A DNA stretch of 64,000 nt, from the NCBI RefSeq assembly GCF_006345805.1, contig NC_043002.1, positions 99,820,001 to 99,884,000 of the forward strand, in the 5' to 3' direction. The translations under genes were made by a program, and so were the position numbers. Shown piece by piece: positions 13,437 through 26,020 of this stretch (position 1 is its first letter; each line of letters begins with the position of its first letter). The stretch comes from Octopus sinensis (lineage: Eukaryota). Below the pieces are notes generated by a model, which did no database searches, was not told the origin of the DNA, and worked only from the letters and a program-made list of their open reading frames with translations.

Positions 13437-14040
13437 GTATGTATATATGTGTATGTATATATATGTATGTATGTATATATGTGTATGTATATATATGTAT
13501 GTATGCATATATGTGTATGTATATATATGCATATATATCTATGTATGTGTATGTATATATATGTATATATATCTATGTATGTATATATATATATATATGT
13601 ATATATATCAATGTATGTATATATATATGTATGTATATATGTATATATATATGTATGTATATATATATGTATATGTATATATGTATGTATATATATATAT
13701 GTATGTATATATATATGTATGTATATATATATATGTATGTATATATATATATATGTATATATATATGTATGTATATTTATATATGTCTGTATATATATGT
13801 ATATATGTATATATATGTATGTATATATATATATGTATGTATGTTATATATATATGTATATATATGTATGTATGTATATATATATGTATATAATGTATGT
13901 ATGTATATATATATGTATATATATGTATGTATATGTATGTATGTATATATATTGTATATATATTATTGTATATATATGTATGTAATATATATATATGTAT
14001 ATTATATATATGTATATATATGTATGTATAATATATATGT

Positions 14041-14081
<41 letters not shown>

Positions 14082-14141
14082 TATATATATATGTATGTAT
14101 ATATATATGTATGTATGTATATATATATATATATATATATA
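13127..14141. repeat. ~1-kb compound (TA)n/(TATG)n array
   Basis: Directly visible; source of the spurious 244-364 aa ORFs. Confidence 0.97.
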
Positions 14142-14142
14142 T

Positions 14143-14330
14143 CGACTTCTGCATTGTAACTACATACATGCTGTTCGTGATATCTTTTCCCGCTTTCCTT
14201 TCTGATGAAGCACTATACTCGTCAAAAGCTCTATCTGTTTACCGAGTGTCAAGCTAATACCGTCCATGTACAAGTCCTCTTGTTTTGTGTAGTCATTGTT
14301 AATTTTAATGTACGATTTTCGATTTTTATG
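14143..14330 (+). mobile_element. Diverged PLE pseudo-LTR module with a broken hammerhead
   Basis: CTTT-CTGATGAAG (14202-14210)...CTC-GTC-AAAAG lacks the GAAAC segment. Downstream CCGAGTGTCAAGCTAATAC matches CCGAGCGTTAAAGTAATAC at ~43645. Confidence 0.55.
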
Positions 14331-14369
14331 TGTGTGTGTGTGTGTGTGTGTTTGTTTATAAATGCCCGA

Positions 14370-14580
14370 ACTCGCCATTGTATTGTACCAAGTTTACCAT
14401 CCACTGCATCTAAAGTCGAGGCCAGGTACTACAAAACTTAAGATTCAAAGTCTTGCCACAAAAATTAAGAAACCTAAACGTGGATATCTTCAAAAAGGAA
14501 CTGAAAATTCTCCTCTCCACGATACCTGCTTGCAGTGCAGATGAGTGCACTAGCATCAAAGTTCCTCCTAATTGAACAAC
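14370..14580 (+). mobile_element. CR1/L2-group LINE, 3' fragment
   Basis: Translates FKVLPQKLRNLNVDIFKKELKILLSTIP, homologous to FNILPKNLRDLHGVDTDVFKMKLDLFLS in the LINE at 48200-48310. Confidence 0.65.
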
Positions 14581-14714
14581 ACACAAAGGAAAAGAACATA
14601 CATGAGTAGTGATATAAAATCCCACCTCTCTGAAAGAAACCACCAAAAGAGGAATGATATAGAAAAGTGCAAAATCTCTGTGGTTTTCGAGCATGACTGC
14701 AGCCACATAACAAA

Positions 14715-15110
14715 ACGTAAGTAAGTAGCATGTTTACCACCCACATGGTCCTGTGCTCAGTCTTATTGTGTAGAATCTTGGGCAGGTGTCTTCTACTATA
14801 GACTCGGGCTGACCAAAGGATTGTGAGTGGACTTAGTAGACAGAAACTCATAGAAACTCGTTGTATATATATTTTTATGTGTGCGTGTGTGTTTGTGAGT
14901 CTGTTTGCATCCCTCCCTAACATTGCTTGATAACCGATGCTGGTGTGTTTACGTTCCATAATTTAGCGGTTCAGCAAAAGAGACCGACAGAATAAGTACT
15001 AGACTTACAACGAATAAGTCCTGTGGTCGATTTAAGTCCTAGTATAGGCTGTACCTCAGCATCACCGCAGTCAAATGACTGAAACAAGTAAAGAATAGAA
15101 GAATAAAAGA
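14715..15110 (+). mobile_element. SINE family A, diverged near-full copy
   Basis: Head, internal TA/TG tract and 3' end ...CCGCAGTCAAATGACTGAAACAAGTAAAG. Confidence 0.85.
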
Positions 15111-15137
15111 ATGTGTGTATTTATATATAGAAACATA

Positions 15138-15346
15138 GGTGCCGCAGGCGTGGCTTTGTGGTAAGACGCTTGCTTCCCAACCATATGGTTCCGGGTCGTA
15201 TCCCACTGTATGACACCTGAAGCTAGTGTCTGCTATAATAGCCTTGGGCCGTTCAAATACTTGAAAGTTGATTTGGTGAACAGAAATTGAAAGAAGCCCG
15301 TCGTACACGCACGCACGCACACACACACACACACATACACACACAC

Positions 15347-15378
<32 letters not shown>

Positions 15379-16100
15379 AAGTTTGTGCATCTTTGTGTAT
15401 GTGTTTGTCCCCGATCACCGTTAGACAACCGACAGTAGATTAGCGGTTCTGCAAAAAAAAACCCAATAGAATAAATAAAATATTTAGTTGTCCGGAAAGT
15501 TCGTGTCGATTTATAGTAGCTTGCATTTCGACTTATTTTAGAACATGGTTGATTTCATAAAAAAGGACTTAATTACACCTCCATTTAGAGAACGGTTTAA
15601 GCTATCTTTTCGTGGAAGCAGGTTTATGTTCCTATAACCTGTGTTAATTCTGTAGCCCTTTAAAATGCAAGATAAGAATGTTCATTTTCGGCACTTGATG
15701 CTTTGAGAACCAAACAAAAATTGCTGCAGCTTGGCTGGGATGTGTCACTCTACCCTCCATGTTCACCAGATATTGCTCCTTCAGATTTTCACTCATTCAG
15801 GTCACTGCAGAATAGTCTTAATGGTAAAAATGTCAATTCCTTGGATGACGTAAAAAGATGCCTTGATGAATTCTTTGCCACGAAACCACTTCAGTTCTAG
15901 GAAGAGGGTATTTTCAAGTTAAAGGAAAGATGGTGCCGCATTGTGCAACAAAAGGGTTCATATTTGGTTGATTAAAAATGTAATGGCAAGAATTTATTGA
16001 CATTTTTCTTTCCTTTAAAAATCAGCACGAACTTTCAAGTTGGCTCCAGTGCATGGTCGCCTCCTAATGACTGGAAAACTAAAAAAGAAAAGAAAAAAAA
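15138..16100 (+). mobile_element. SINE family A interrupted by a mariner remnant
   Basis: SINE sequence runs 15138-~15478 (to ...CCCAATAGAATAA) and resumes at ~16037 (GCTCCAGTGCATGGTCGC...AATGACTGGAAAAC). Confidence 0.7.
15483..16030 (+). mobile_element. Internally deleted mariner element
   Basis: Left TIR TTTAGTTGTCCGGAAAGTTCGTG. N-terminus MQDKNVHFRHLML (ATG 15665) joined directly to C-terminal RTKQKLLQLGWDV..PPCSPDIAPSDFHSFRSLQNSL. Partial right TIR CACGAACTTT at ~16026-16035. Confidence 0.9.
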
Positions 16101-16642
16101 TTATGTTTGTGTGTGTGTGTGAATGTGTGTATAGCCACCCTGTGAAGAAATATCTAAGCCTATGACGTTTTGGATTGTGTTGGAGATTTTTTACAAAAGT
16201 TTGGGTACTCAGTGACGTTTCAAAATTTAATAACTCTTCAAACAGTTATAAAGAGAATCGGAATGCATTATATAGAACAGAGAAATCTGCAATTTTCCTT
16301 TTTGTCTTAAAATTATATTTGTTATACCAATATTATCATGAGAGCGGAAGTGACAGAGAAAGGAATCCAAGTTCAAAGATGAGCACAGGAAATAAGAGAG
16401 AAGGCTGCCATGGAGAATGAAAGCTGAAATAAGCGATGTTAAAGCTTTTGAGCACAGATGGTGTTCATAATGAGCACAAATAAAGTGAAAGCCGCATTTG
16501 TATAAAAATATTGTGAAATTGGCTTGCAGTAAACTATCAATTCAGACATAGACAGTCAATCCTTTGTTCGCACTTGTCTGCAACATTTCTTATGTCCAAT
16601 TTAAATCAGATTCATACATATATAGAAAGAATTATGTAGACT

Positions 16643-16696
<54 letters not shown>

Positions 16697-16954
16697 TATG
16701 CATACATATATGTGAGTGTCCGTGAGTGTGTATGTATGTATACATACATATATATTTATGGGTATGTGTGTCTGTATGCGCGTCTGAGCATGTGTGTGCC
16801 TATTGACAGGATGACAGATGTCTGCCGGTATGTATGTGCATATGTATGTGTGCGTGTGTGTGGGTACATATGCGCCTGAATGTATACATGCGCGCGCGCA
16901 CATATATGTACATATACGTGTGTGAGTGTGTGTCTGTGCGTGTCTGTTGTATTA

Positions 16955-17475
16955 GGCAGCCACAAAGACTGAAGACCGGAAACGCAACGCCACCAAAATT
17001 CTTGACCATGCCGTTGTCTTCGCTGCTGTAGCCAGTCACCAATGGCTTACCCACGCTAAAGCCATTCAATCTAATGCCATAAACAACCCTTCCACACATA
17101 CCCAACTTGCATTTATATTAGATTCTTTTTATTTTATTTTTATCTTTTGGTTTTTCTTACTTTTAGCATCGACTTCTTAGTCACAACTATAACCTCCTCT
17201 CCCTATTTACATTAGGCACTTTATGTTATTTTTCATTTTTTCCTTCCTTACCATATCTCCTTCACTGTACCAAATGTGTCTGAATTGCTAGCATCTGACC
17301 ACCAGCATACAACTTGGAGTGAAAATGAAATGCAAATATGGTAAGTTTTGAAGAATGTTACGTCACCTGATGAGGCCGGTTTGAGCTGTGCGTTGCATCT
17401 TATGTCATTACATTGTCACACGCCCACTAGAGAGTAGTGCAGAATGAAACTGAAACGATTGTTGTGCTATTTTCC
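16955..17475 (+). mobile_element. Probable PLE 3' end / pseudo-LTR remnant
   Basis: Reading NATKILDHA...HQWLTHAKAIQSNAIN (resembles the PLE GIY-YIG C-terminus), then a pyrimidine-rich tract, then CTGATGA (17367)...GAAAC-GATT-GTT (17452-17463). Same order as 42650-43715. Confidence 0.5.
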
Positions 17476-17494
17476 GTTTCAATATATAAATATA

Positions 17495-17567
<73 letters not shown>

Positions 17568-17769
17568 CAGGAAGGAATTTCGATTATCCCCACGTGGTTA
17601 GTTGTAATGCAATATAGTAATTACATAGTTATAATATATTTTTAATATATAAATAATAACGGGAGGTAACTGGTAATCGTTATCATTGGGGACAGGGAAG
17701 GTAAATGCTCATCTTTCAGTGGGGAGATGAATAAATATATATACTCAATTTTTGATGAATTTCAGCAAG

Positions 17770-17845
17770 GGTTTCGGTAAGATGTCAAGAAAATTGCTTA
17801 GGCAGTGAGTTTCTAAGCAATTTTTTTAGACATCCTACTGAAACC
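17770..17845. other. 76-nt imperfect hairpin
   Basis: GGTTTCGGTAAGATGTCAAGAAAATTGCTTAG, an 11-nt loop, then CTAAGCAATTTTTTTTAGACATCCTACTGAAACC; about 30-bp stem. Confidence 0.75.
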
Positions 17846-18078
17846 AGAAGGTGGTACTGGAAATTTCCTGCTTTTAAGGTTATTGCGAAAGGCCTCGTCA
17901 GAGACCCAACCTTCTGAGTTCTTTTACAGATCTTAGTAAGCACGAAGGGCCGCTGCAATAAATGTGTGAAGCTGAGAGGGAAATATGTTAAATAAAATCA
18001 TAATTAACTGATCACCTGTATTTTCTTTTAGCCAGAGCCAGGAACGTTTCAGCTCCCCCTCTTACATGTCTTTACTGA

Positions 18079-18140
<62 letters not shown>

Positions 18141-20179
18141 GGGTTAGATGTTACAAATAATAGATTTCTATATTTGGATTTCCATATTAAACCCAAAGTA
18201 TTTAACTGGCTTATTGAAAAATTTAGTTTCACTATACCGAACGAAATATAACAATTTGATATATTCTGTCTCCTGAAAGGAACTAGGACATAAATATCCA
18301 CGAAAATTAAATGGTTTTCTTTCGTTTCTAGCAGTATGTAGTTGCTATGATTATACCACTTTAAAAACACCTCATTGTTATCACAGTTTTAGTAGTCTTG
18401 GACAATTTATGCACTGGGGCTATATTTCCTCATGACATGTTCACTCTATATTGCAAAATTGTGTGTGTGTGTGTGTGTGTATGTGTAATCCTGTGTGCGC
18501 GTATGTGTCCGTTTGCATCTGTGAATGTATGTGTGGCATTTTGGTAAATATTATTACGAACTTAAATTTTCTTCATGTTACTTCAGTTTAGTTGATGTAA
18601 TTTATCATAAAATGTTATTTGAATATTTTGAACACTGTACGGTATGCTAAGGGAACATTAGATCCCAGTTATGTGCCCCAGGCATCCGCTTATAGCAAAA
18701 CACTTTGAAAGATTAAAAGAATCACAGTTGGAAATGTAGATCTGTACCCGCATAATTTGAAGAAAAAATATACTATCAATTTAAAAATAAGATACTAATA
18801 GACTTTATGTGCGTATATGTTTGCATGAATGTGTGCGTGTGTACGCGTGTATATGTGTGTATGCGCGTGTTTGTGTATGCGTGTGTGTATGTGTATTATT
18901 GCATAACAATAGAGATGGATGTATTTGCCAGAAAATGTATTGAAAAAATATATCGATGTAGTCATAAGGAAGTGGATTTTGGTATTGAATTATTTGTTTA
19001 TATGAGCCATATAAATTATTTGTTGTCTCAGAAATTAATTGTTGTCTCATATAAATTATAGTTGTCTCATAAATTCTCTGTCACACAGCTGAGTGAGTTT
19101 TTTGTTATCTATGTCGTGTTTGCCAATCACGACGGCTAATACTTAGTTTAGTAATTTGAAGTTACTTTTTTCCTCTCTCGGATCGTTAAACTCTGGCTGG
19201 ACTGTAGAAGCGTCGTAGTCACGTTCAGTGAATCTAGTTCATTTGAAACCTGGTAGAGCCCATCTTTCCCCATGCAATCACGTAGTTCATTCACGTAGTC
19301 CTTCCAGTGAGTGACAGGCAGAGCAGAAGTGAAAGAATAATGAGTATAGAACTGATAATTTATTGATTTAAATTGTATCGATGAAACATCAAATTCACCT
19401 GAGCAGGATTTGAAATAAGTACACTGAGAACCGGATCAGAAACTGCAAATCATTCTGTCTAATACTCTAATGATTCAACTCATGCTTGGAATTTACACGA
19501 TGCGAGAGACACCAAGTTATGTTTCTCTTTTATAGACTTGCTTTAAGATTGTTATTTAAAGAACAATTTGATTTAAACTTCAATCACAATGTTTCTAGCC
19601 TGTTACTGTTTTCACTGTTATATTTGCAAAATGTTTGCCGATTTTCTCATCAAATAAGTGGAGTCTTCAGGGAAAAAAATAATCTACCACGAAGTCCACT
19701 TCGGTACTGAAACGGATGTGTAGGCTACTGATCGAAGTGCCCAATCGAAAGTTGTCAATATTTTTTGGCAGTCGTCGTGGGTGGGGTGTTGACTTGTGCA
19801 AATCGATAAAATATTTTTGTTGATTGATTACAAGAAATTCTAGGGATGTTCTTTGAAGTAGTTTTCTCGAGAATTCGATCGATAAAATCCTGAACGAGAT
19901 TTACGGGAAATTTAGAGGGTATTTGTTTTCAATGGTTAAGACTTATAGAATACGAATAGAGGAATATCATAACAACTATAATACGCGTGATTGCCAGAAA
20001 CGCAAAACAATATACCAATGGTATTGCATAAATCTAAATTTCCCTCCACTGCAAGATATTCAAGAGAATTTGTTGTATGATTTCTACTAAGTAGTTCATA
20101 CATGCTTATCCAATAAATGCCTACGCATTAAAGAACAAAATCTTCTGATATTCGTGGTAAATATAAAAGCACTTACTTT

Positions 20180-20481
20180 TTTACTATTTTACTTGTTTCA
20201 GTCATTTGACTGTGGCCATGCTGGAGCACCGCCTTTAGTCGAGCAAATCGACCCCAGGACTTATCCTTTGTAAGTCTAGTACTTATTATATCGGTCTCTT
20301 TTGCCGAACCGCTAAGTTACGGGGACGTAAACACACCAGCATCAGTTGTCAAGCGATGTTGGGGGATAAATACAGACACACAAACATATAAACACATCAT
20401 ACATATATATATATAATATATATATATATATTATACTGATATATTATATAATATATACTAATATATATATATCTCATATAG

Positions 20482-20525
<44 letters not shown>

Positions 20526-20542
20526 TATATATATATATATAT

Positions 20543-20578
<36 letters not shown>

Positions 20579-20742
20579 ACACATATATATTATATATATA
20601 ATACTTATATATATTATATATAACTATTATAATATATATATATACATATATATATATCTATACATATAATATCTTATATATATACATATATATTATATAT
20701 ATACTAATATATATATATAATAATATATATATATATATTACA

Positions 20743-20782
<40 letters not shown>

Positions 20783-20788
20783 CATATA

Positions 20789-20821
<33 letters not shown>

Positions 20822-21000
20822 ATATATAATATATATACGACGGGCTTCTTTCAGTTTCCGTCTACCAAATCCACTCATACGGCTATGGTCAGCCCGAAGC
20901 TATGGTAGAAGATACTTGCCCAAGGTACCACGCAGTGGGACTGAACCCGAAACCATGTGGCTCGTAAGCAAGCTACTTACCACACAGTCACTCTTACGCC
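20180..21000 (-). mobile_element. SINE family A with internal microsatellite expanded to ~440 bp
   Basis: 3' half at 20180-20395 and 5' half at 20838-21000, separated by an AT-rich array at the usual internal site. Confidence 0.9.
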
Positions 21001-21059
21001 TATAACACTTATTAAATCTAAATATGTTACCAGTTGAAATATGCTTGCAACATATTTGA

Positions 21060-21260
21060 ACTGTAAAAAAGTTTCGGTATTATGTCACGGAGAAATTTTC
21101 TTGCTTTAGCCAAATAGGTGTAAACACACAAAGTGTGTTCGAAGGACCCACCACCACAAATCAATGAATGCATGCTTTTCGCGTTAGTTATCTTCTCTTC
21201 AACATTAAATTTTGAAAGAAAGGCGCAACGAAGTAAGAACTGCATTAACACAACGAAGTA
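21060..21260 (-). mobile_element. Possible degenerate mariner transposase N-terminus
   Basis: QFLLRCAFLSKF...NAKSMHSLICGGGSFEHTLC..YLAKAR loosely resembles mariner HTH N-termini (FRHxxLFxF...YGEGA.SERTC..WFAKFR). Weak. Confidence 0.3.
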
Positions 21261-22701
21261 AGGAAGGCATTGACTGAATAGGAGACGCTGCGAACTGACT
21301 TGGTGTGTTTATACTTATTTCTCTACTGCGAGAATTTTTCTCTGCCATAAAATACAGAGAATAGCTTTCTTTGGGATTGAAATATGTCTTAATTATATTT
21401 CATCTAGAAACAAGCTTATATTTGTACACATACTTGCTTGGCGCTTCTAATCCGTAAGTCATTAAATCTTAGTAATGGGATTGCAATATATTTCAACATT
21501 TAAACACATACATAGATATCTTCTGAATTAAAGGTTTCAAGCATCAAATTATGAAAGATTAATACTGGAGACTAGAAGCTGAATTTTAAATAGATTTAAG
21601 AAGGCTGATCGAGCTCTTGAAATATTGGCTTTATTATAAATATGTATGTAGACATTTAAAGAGTGTAGTCAGTTACTGAAGATATTTCAATACAGAAGTG
21701 AAAGTAGTCCAGTTGGTCCCTTTTTCTCTGTCCATGAAAAAAATGTATATAATTGGATGTCAAAGTCTGTTTATATACACACTAGTAACTAAAATTTACA
21801 GATTTACTGTGGAATAGTATAGCATTGAAGCAGGCATTGTTAATTCGCCAGCAATTTAGTAGTTGAATAAAATTTATGGAACTAGAAAGTAAATATGAAA
21901 TTTAGCTGGTTAAAAGATGGAGAAACTTCATTACTATAGGAATAAGAAGTATGTGAAAATAATCCTGATTCTATTTTTAGTGCTACCGCTCTCAATAGCC
22001 CTTCGGATTGAGCTTGCATACAAGTATAATCAAATGCTTCAATTTTATGATGCAAAATTCTTTTCCTCTCTCTAGTAATACGTTGACCAATGTGTCTAGC
22101 TGATACTCTATTGTTGTTTTTCGAAAATTCTAGAGTGTGATTTGAGGTAATTACGTTCCTATTTCTAACAGGACGTGCAACTTAGTAAAGACTCTCGTGT
22201 GTAGATATAGTTCAGCGCTGTAAGCAGCGTGAGTACTGTATAATTGATAAGTACCTCGTTAGCTTGCAGTGTTGAGTTCGATTCTCCAATCGACATAAAA
22301 ATAATCAGTCATTCAACAACTCAATTTCGAGCCAGTTTCTCCGATGTTTAAACAACGAATTCTAAATACGGCATCTTAGTCAAAGGGGGAGTTTCTTCTT
22401 GTCGCATGTGATGTGAAAATAGGGAACAAAACACCATTAAATCACTTTTCATCTCCTTCGAATTAATCCCCTTCTTAAGCTACAATCTTTATAGAGCGAC
22501 ATTTACAAAGTTACAAGCATTCCCGAAACTACATTTTTGAGAAATCAAGTGGCTACCTCGTAGAATTCTCCTCTTAGATTCCAGCCAACTCTTCAAAGTT
22601 TGTTCCTTCTAACTGGGATTCTTCTCAGGCCTGGGTTTCGAGGTCATAGCCTTAGATCTACGACCATTTTCAAAAAGTCTTCGCTTTCCTCAACATAATC
22701 A

Positions 22702-23045
22702 AGTAGTGGCTGTGTGGTAAGTAGCTTGCTGACCAACCACATGGTTCCGGGTTCAGTCCCACTGCGTGGCATCTTGGGCAAGTGTCTTCTGCTATAGCCC
22801 GGGGCCGACCAATGCCATGTGAGTGGATTTGGTAGACGGAAACTGAAAGAAGCCTGTTGTATATATGTATATATATATATAAGTGTGTGTGTATATGTTT
22901 GTGTGTCTGTGTTTGTCCCCCTAGCATTGCTTGACAACCGATGCTGGTGTGTTTACATCCCGGGGTCGATTTGCTCGACTAAAGGTGGTGCTCCAGCATG
23001 GCCGCAGTCAAATGACTGAAACAAGTAAAAGAGTAAAAGAGAGAT
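22702..23045 (+). mobile_element. SINE family A with an internal deletion in the 3' half
   Basis: High identity to 39324-39742; joins TTTACATCCC directly to GGGGTCGATTTGCTCGAC. Confidence 0.92.
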
Positions 23046-23216
23046 ACCTCACGGCTGAAACTTGATTTTCTTTTTGGGACCAGTATGCTCTACATATTTT
23101 TACTTCCTAGCACTACTATAATCAGCGTAAATAAGTGAGAACGATATAATTTAGTGCGCATACGCAACAGATTTCTAGGTCAATCTTTGCCAATCAGCTT
23201 CACTCTGCGTACACGT

Positions 23217-23595
23217 GACACACCGTCGGTTACGACGACGAGGATTCCAGTTGATCCAGTCAACGGAAAGGGGTTGCTCGTGAAATTAACGTGTAAGTAG
23301 CTGAGCACTCCACAGACACGTGCAACTTTAACGTAGTTCTCTGGGAGATTCAACGTGAAACAGTGTGTAACAAGGCTGGCCCTTTGAAATACAGGTACAA
23401 AAGAAACAGGAAAAAAGAGTGAGAGAAAGTAGTCGGTGAAAGAGTACAGCAAGGTCTGCCACCTCCCCCTTCAGGAGCCTCGTGGAGGTTTAGGTGTCAC
23501 TCAATAAACATTCACAACGCACAGTCTGGGAATCGAAACCGCGATCCCACGACCGCGAGTCAGCTGTCCTAGCCATTGGGCCATTGCGCCTCCAC
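23217..23595 (-). mobile_element. Full-length SINE family B head with tail type 2
   Basis: Head rc GTGGAGGCGCAATGGCCCAATGGCTAGGACAGCTGACTCGCGGTCG...GGTTTCGATTCCC; tail ending ...CCTCGTCGTCGTAACCGACGG. Confidence 0.9.
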
Positions 23596-24205
23596 TTCAC
23601 TATACGTACTTTAGCTCCGTAAACAATGAAATAATTCCGATACTTTTTTACCAGACCTCATAGATAGATAGATAGACAGACAGAAAGATACATACAGACA
23701 GAAAGATACATACATACATACATACATACATATATGCATGCATATGTATGTATATGTGTTTGTGTGTATGTATGTATGTATGTATGTATGTAGGTAGGTA
23801 GGTAGGTATATATATTTAAATGGAGAGCAGGTCAGATAGATAGATAGGTATGTATGCCTGTATGTATGTATGTATGTATGTATTTACATACAGACAGACG
23901 GGCAAACACAAAAATAAACATATCTGTGTGTTTGCATCACGAAGTATTTATTTTCTTACGTATATCTGTGAATGCGGTGATGACGGTAAACTTCCTAGAT
24001 GTCCTTTCATGCGATATATCTTACTGGTGCCCCATCAAATTCCCACAGACAAAAGCCTGTTGGATTTAGCTATCACAAATCTTGCGATTGATTCATTCCA
24101 AGTAACGAAACAAGAATTAACACAATGTAATATCTACTTATAAAAGAAAATGTGTTGCCATATGATATAAGAATATCGATTGCTACCTTTTCTTTAAATT
24201 ATATA

Positions 24206-24403
24206 TTTCTTTACTATCGACAAGGGGCTAAACACAGAGAAGACAAACAAGGACAGACAAAGGGACTAAGTCGATTACATCGACCCCAGTGCGTAACTGG
24301 TACTTAATTTATCGACCCCGGAAGGATGAAAGGCAAGGTCGACCTCGGCGGAATTTGAACTCGGAACGTAACGGCAGACGAAATACGGCAACGCATTTCG
24401 CCG
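24206..24403 (-). mobile_element. SINE family D, 5'-truncated
   Basis: Matches the units at 50146-50564 (CGACCCCG.AAGGATGAAAGGCAA.GTCGACCTCGGCGGAATTTGAACTC). Confidence 0.88.
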
Positions 24404-24540
24404 TATTTAAATTATAGGCATGTGAAATGATTTCGTAACGAACATTATTCAAAGAACGCAAATCCAAGTGAGTCGAGTGGCAATCGAAACCGGATGAAAA
24501 AAGCAGTTTATTGGAAACTTGGTTCGGCATTTGTTACTTA

Positions 24541-24742
24541 TTTACTCTTTCTCTTTTACTTGTTTCAGTCATTTGACTGCGGCCATGCTGGAGCACCGCC
24601 TTTAGTCGAGCAAATCGACCCCGGGACTTATTCTTTGTAAGCCCAGTACTTATTCTATCGGTCTCTTTTGCCGAACCGCTAAGTGACGGGAACATAAACA
24701 CACCAGCATCGGTTGTCAAGCAATGCTAGAGGGACAAACATG

Positions 24743-24778
<36 letters not shown>

Positions 24779-24947
24779 TATATACGACGGGCTTCTTTCA
24801 GTTTCCGTCTACCAAATCCACTCACAAGGCTATGGTCGGCCCAAGGCTATAGTAGAAGACACCTGCCCAAGATGCCACGCAGTGGGACTGAACCCGTAAC
24901 CATCTGGTTGGCAAGCAAGCTACTTACCACACAGCCACTCCTGCGCC
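24541..24947 (-). mobile_element. Full-length SINE family A
   Basis: Complete head, internal (TA)n and 3' tail. Confidence 0.93.
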
Positions 24948-25620
24948 TATTAACTTATAACTATTTAACTTATAATTTTAGTATCTGTTATCTGATGGGG
25001 ATAATGCTATCGAATTAAAAATATTTCAATAGTCGTCTGTGGGTGGCAAATATTTCGAATTCAGAAGGAAGAAATGTGTCTGAATGGTTAAATCAAACAC
25101 TGAAAACATAGTACTTCTTAGAGACGTAAGATTAGTTTTACAAGATATCCGCCGTGACATAAAAGAAAAGTTTAATAGAAAACAGAGCAAGTAATATAGC
25201 TATAAAAGCAAGGACGTTTAGAGACGATCCAATTAATTCCTGTGACAGGTTCCATTAACGACAATCATTCAATGTAAAGTGTCAATGTAAATGTAGATAA
25301 GATAAAGTTTCGCTGGACTCGTAGATAAAACAGGCAAAATATTTCTAAGCTGGTCATACAGTATGACTGTGATTAATAAGCAAGGTGCAATTGAATTTAG
25401 TAAAACATGGTGTGTGTAACTTCTCAAGTGGTGGGTGTATACGTGTATGCATGCATGTATATGCACCCACACACACATATATGCATAAACATACATACAA
25501 ATGTATGCATACATGTACACACACACACACAAACAAGCTCACACATACATATACACACAAATACACACACACACACCAACGTATATATGTGTGTGTGTGA
25601 GTTCAACAGTTTATATCGAA

Positions 25621-26020
25621 CTGGCAGTATCGCCCGGCGTTGCTCGGGTTTGTAAGGGAAATAACTATATAAGCATTTTTAGAGAATTATTTCCCTTATA
25701 TAATAGAAAAAATGCATTAAAAATGGAAAGAAATTATGGTAAACTTTTTTTTTAAATCGTAGAGTCATCGTAGACATTTTTAGAGAGTTACTTCCTTTAT
25801 ATATGCCAAAAGTGCATTAAAAAATGGGAAAAATTGATGGTAAATTTTTTTTAAATCGTAGACTCATCGTAGACGCGCGCTAATACCCAGAAGGGCTCGA
25901 TATGAATCACGACTATAAGATACCCGGCTTTGGTTAAACTGCACCGCAAAATGTGGGAGTTGTTAGGAATCTAAATCGTAGGAGACAGACAGCACACAAC
26001 CTCTCTTTTATATATAAAGA
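25621..26020 (-). mobile_element. Non-autonomous Helitron, second copy, with an internal ~100-bp duplication
   Basis: Same termini as 10873-11266 (5' TCTTTATATATAAAAG; hairpin CCCGAGCAACGCCGGG; 3' end CCAG variant). The segment TTTTAGAGA..TA.TTCC...AAATCGTAGA.TCATCGTAGAC occurs twice. Confidence 0.8.

Noticed and set aside
13101-14257. Long ORFs of 143-364 aa (YICMYV-type)
   Set aside because: They are translations of stop-free TA/TATG microsatellite, not genes.
23520-23595. tRNA-like sequences at SINE heads (also 6680-6747, 13050-13126, 55370-55445)
   Set aside because: They have A/B boxes but continue into SINE bodies and lack a complete acceptor stem, so they are not called as tRNA genes.
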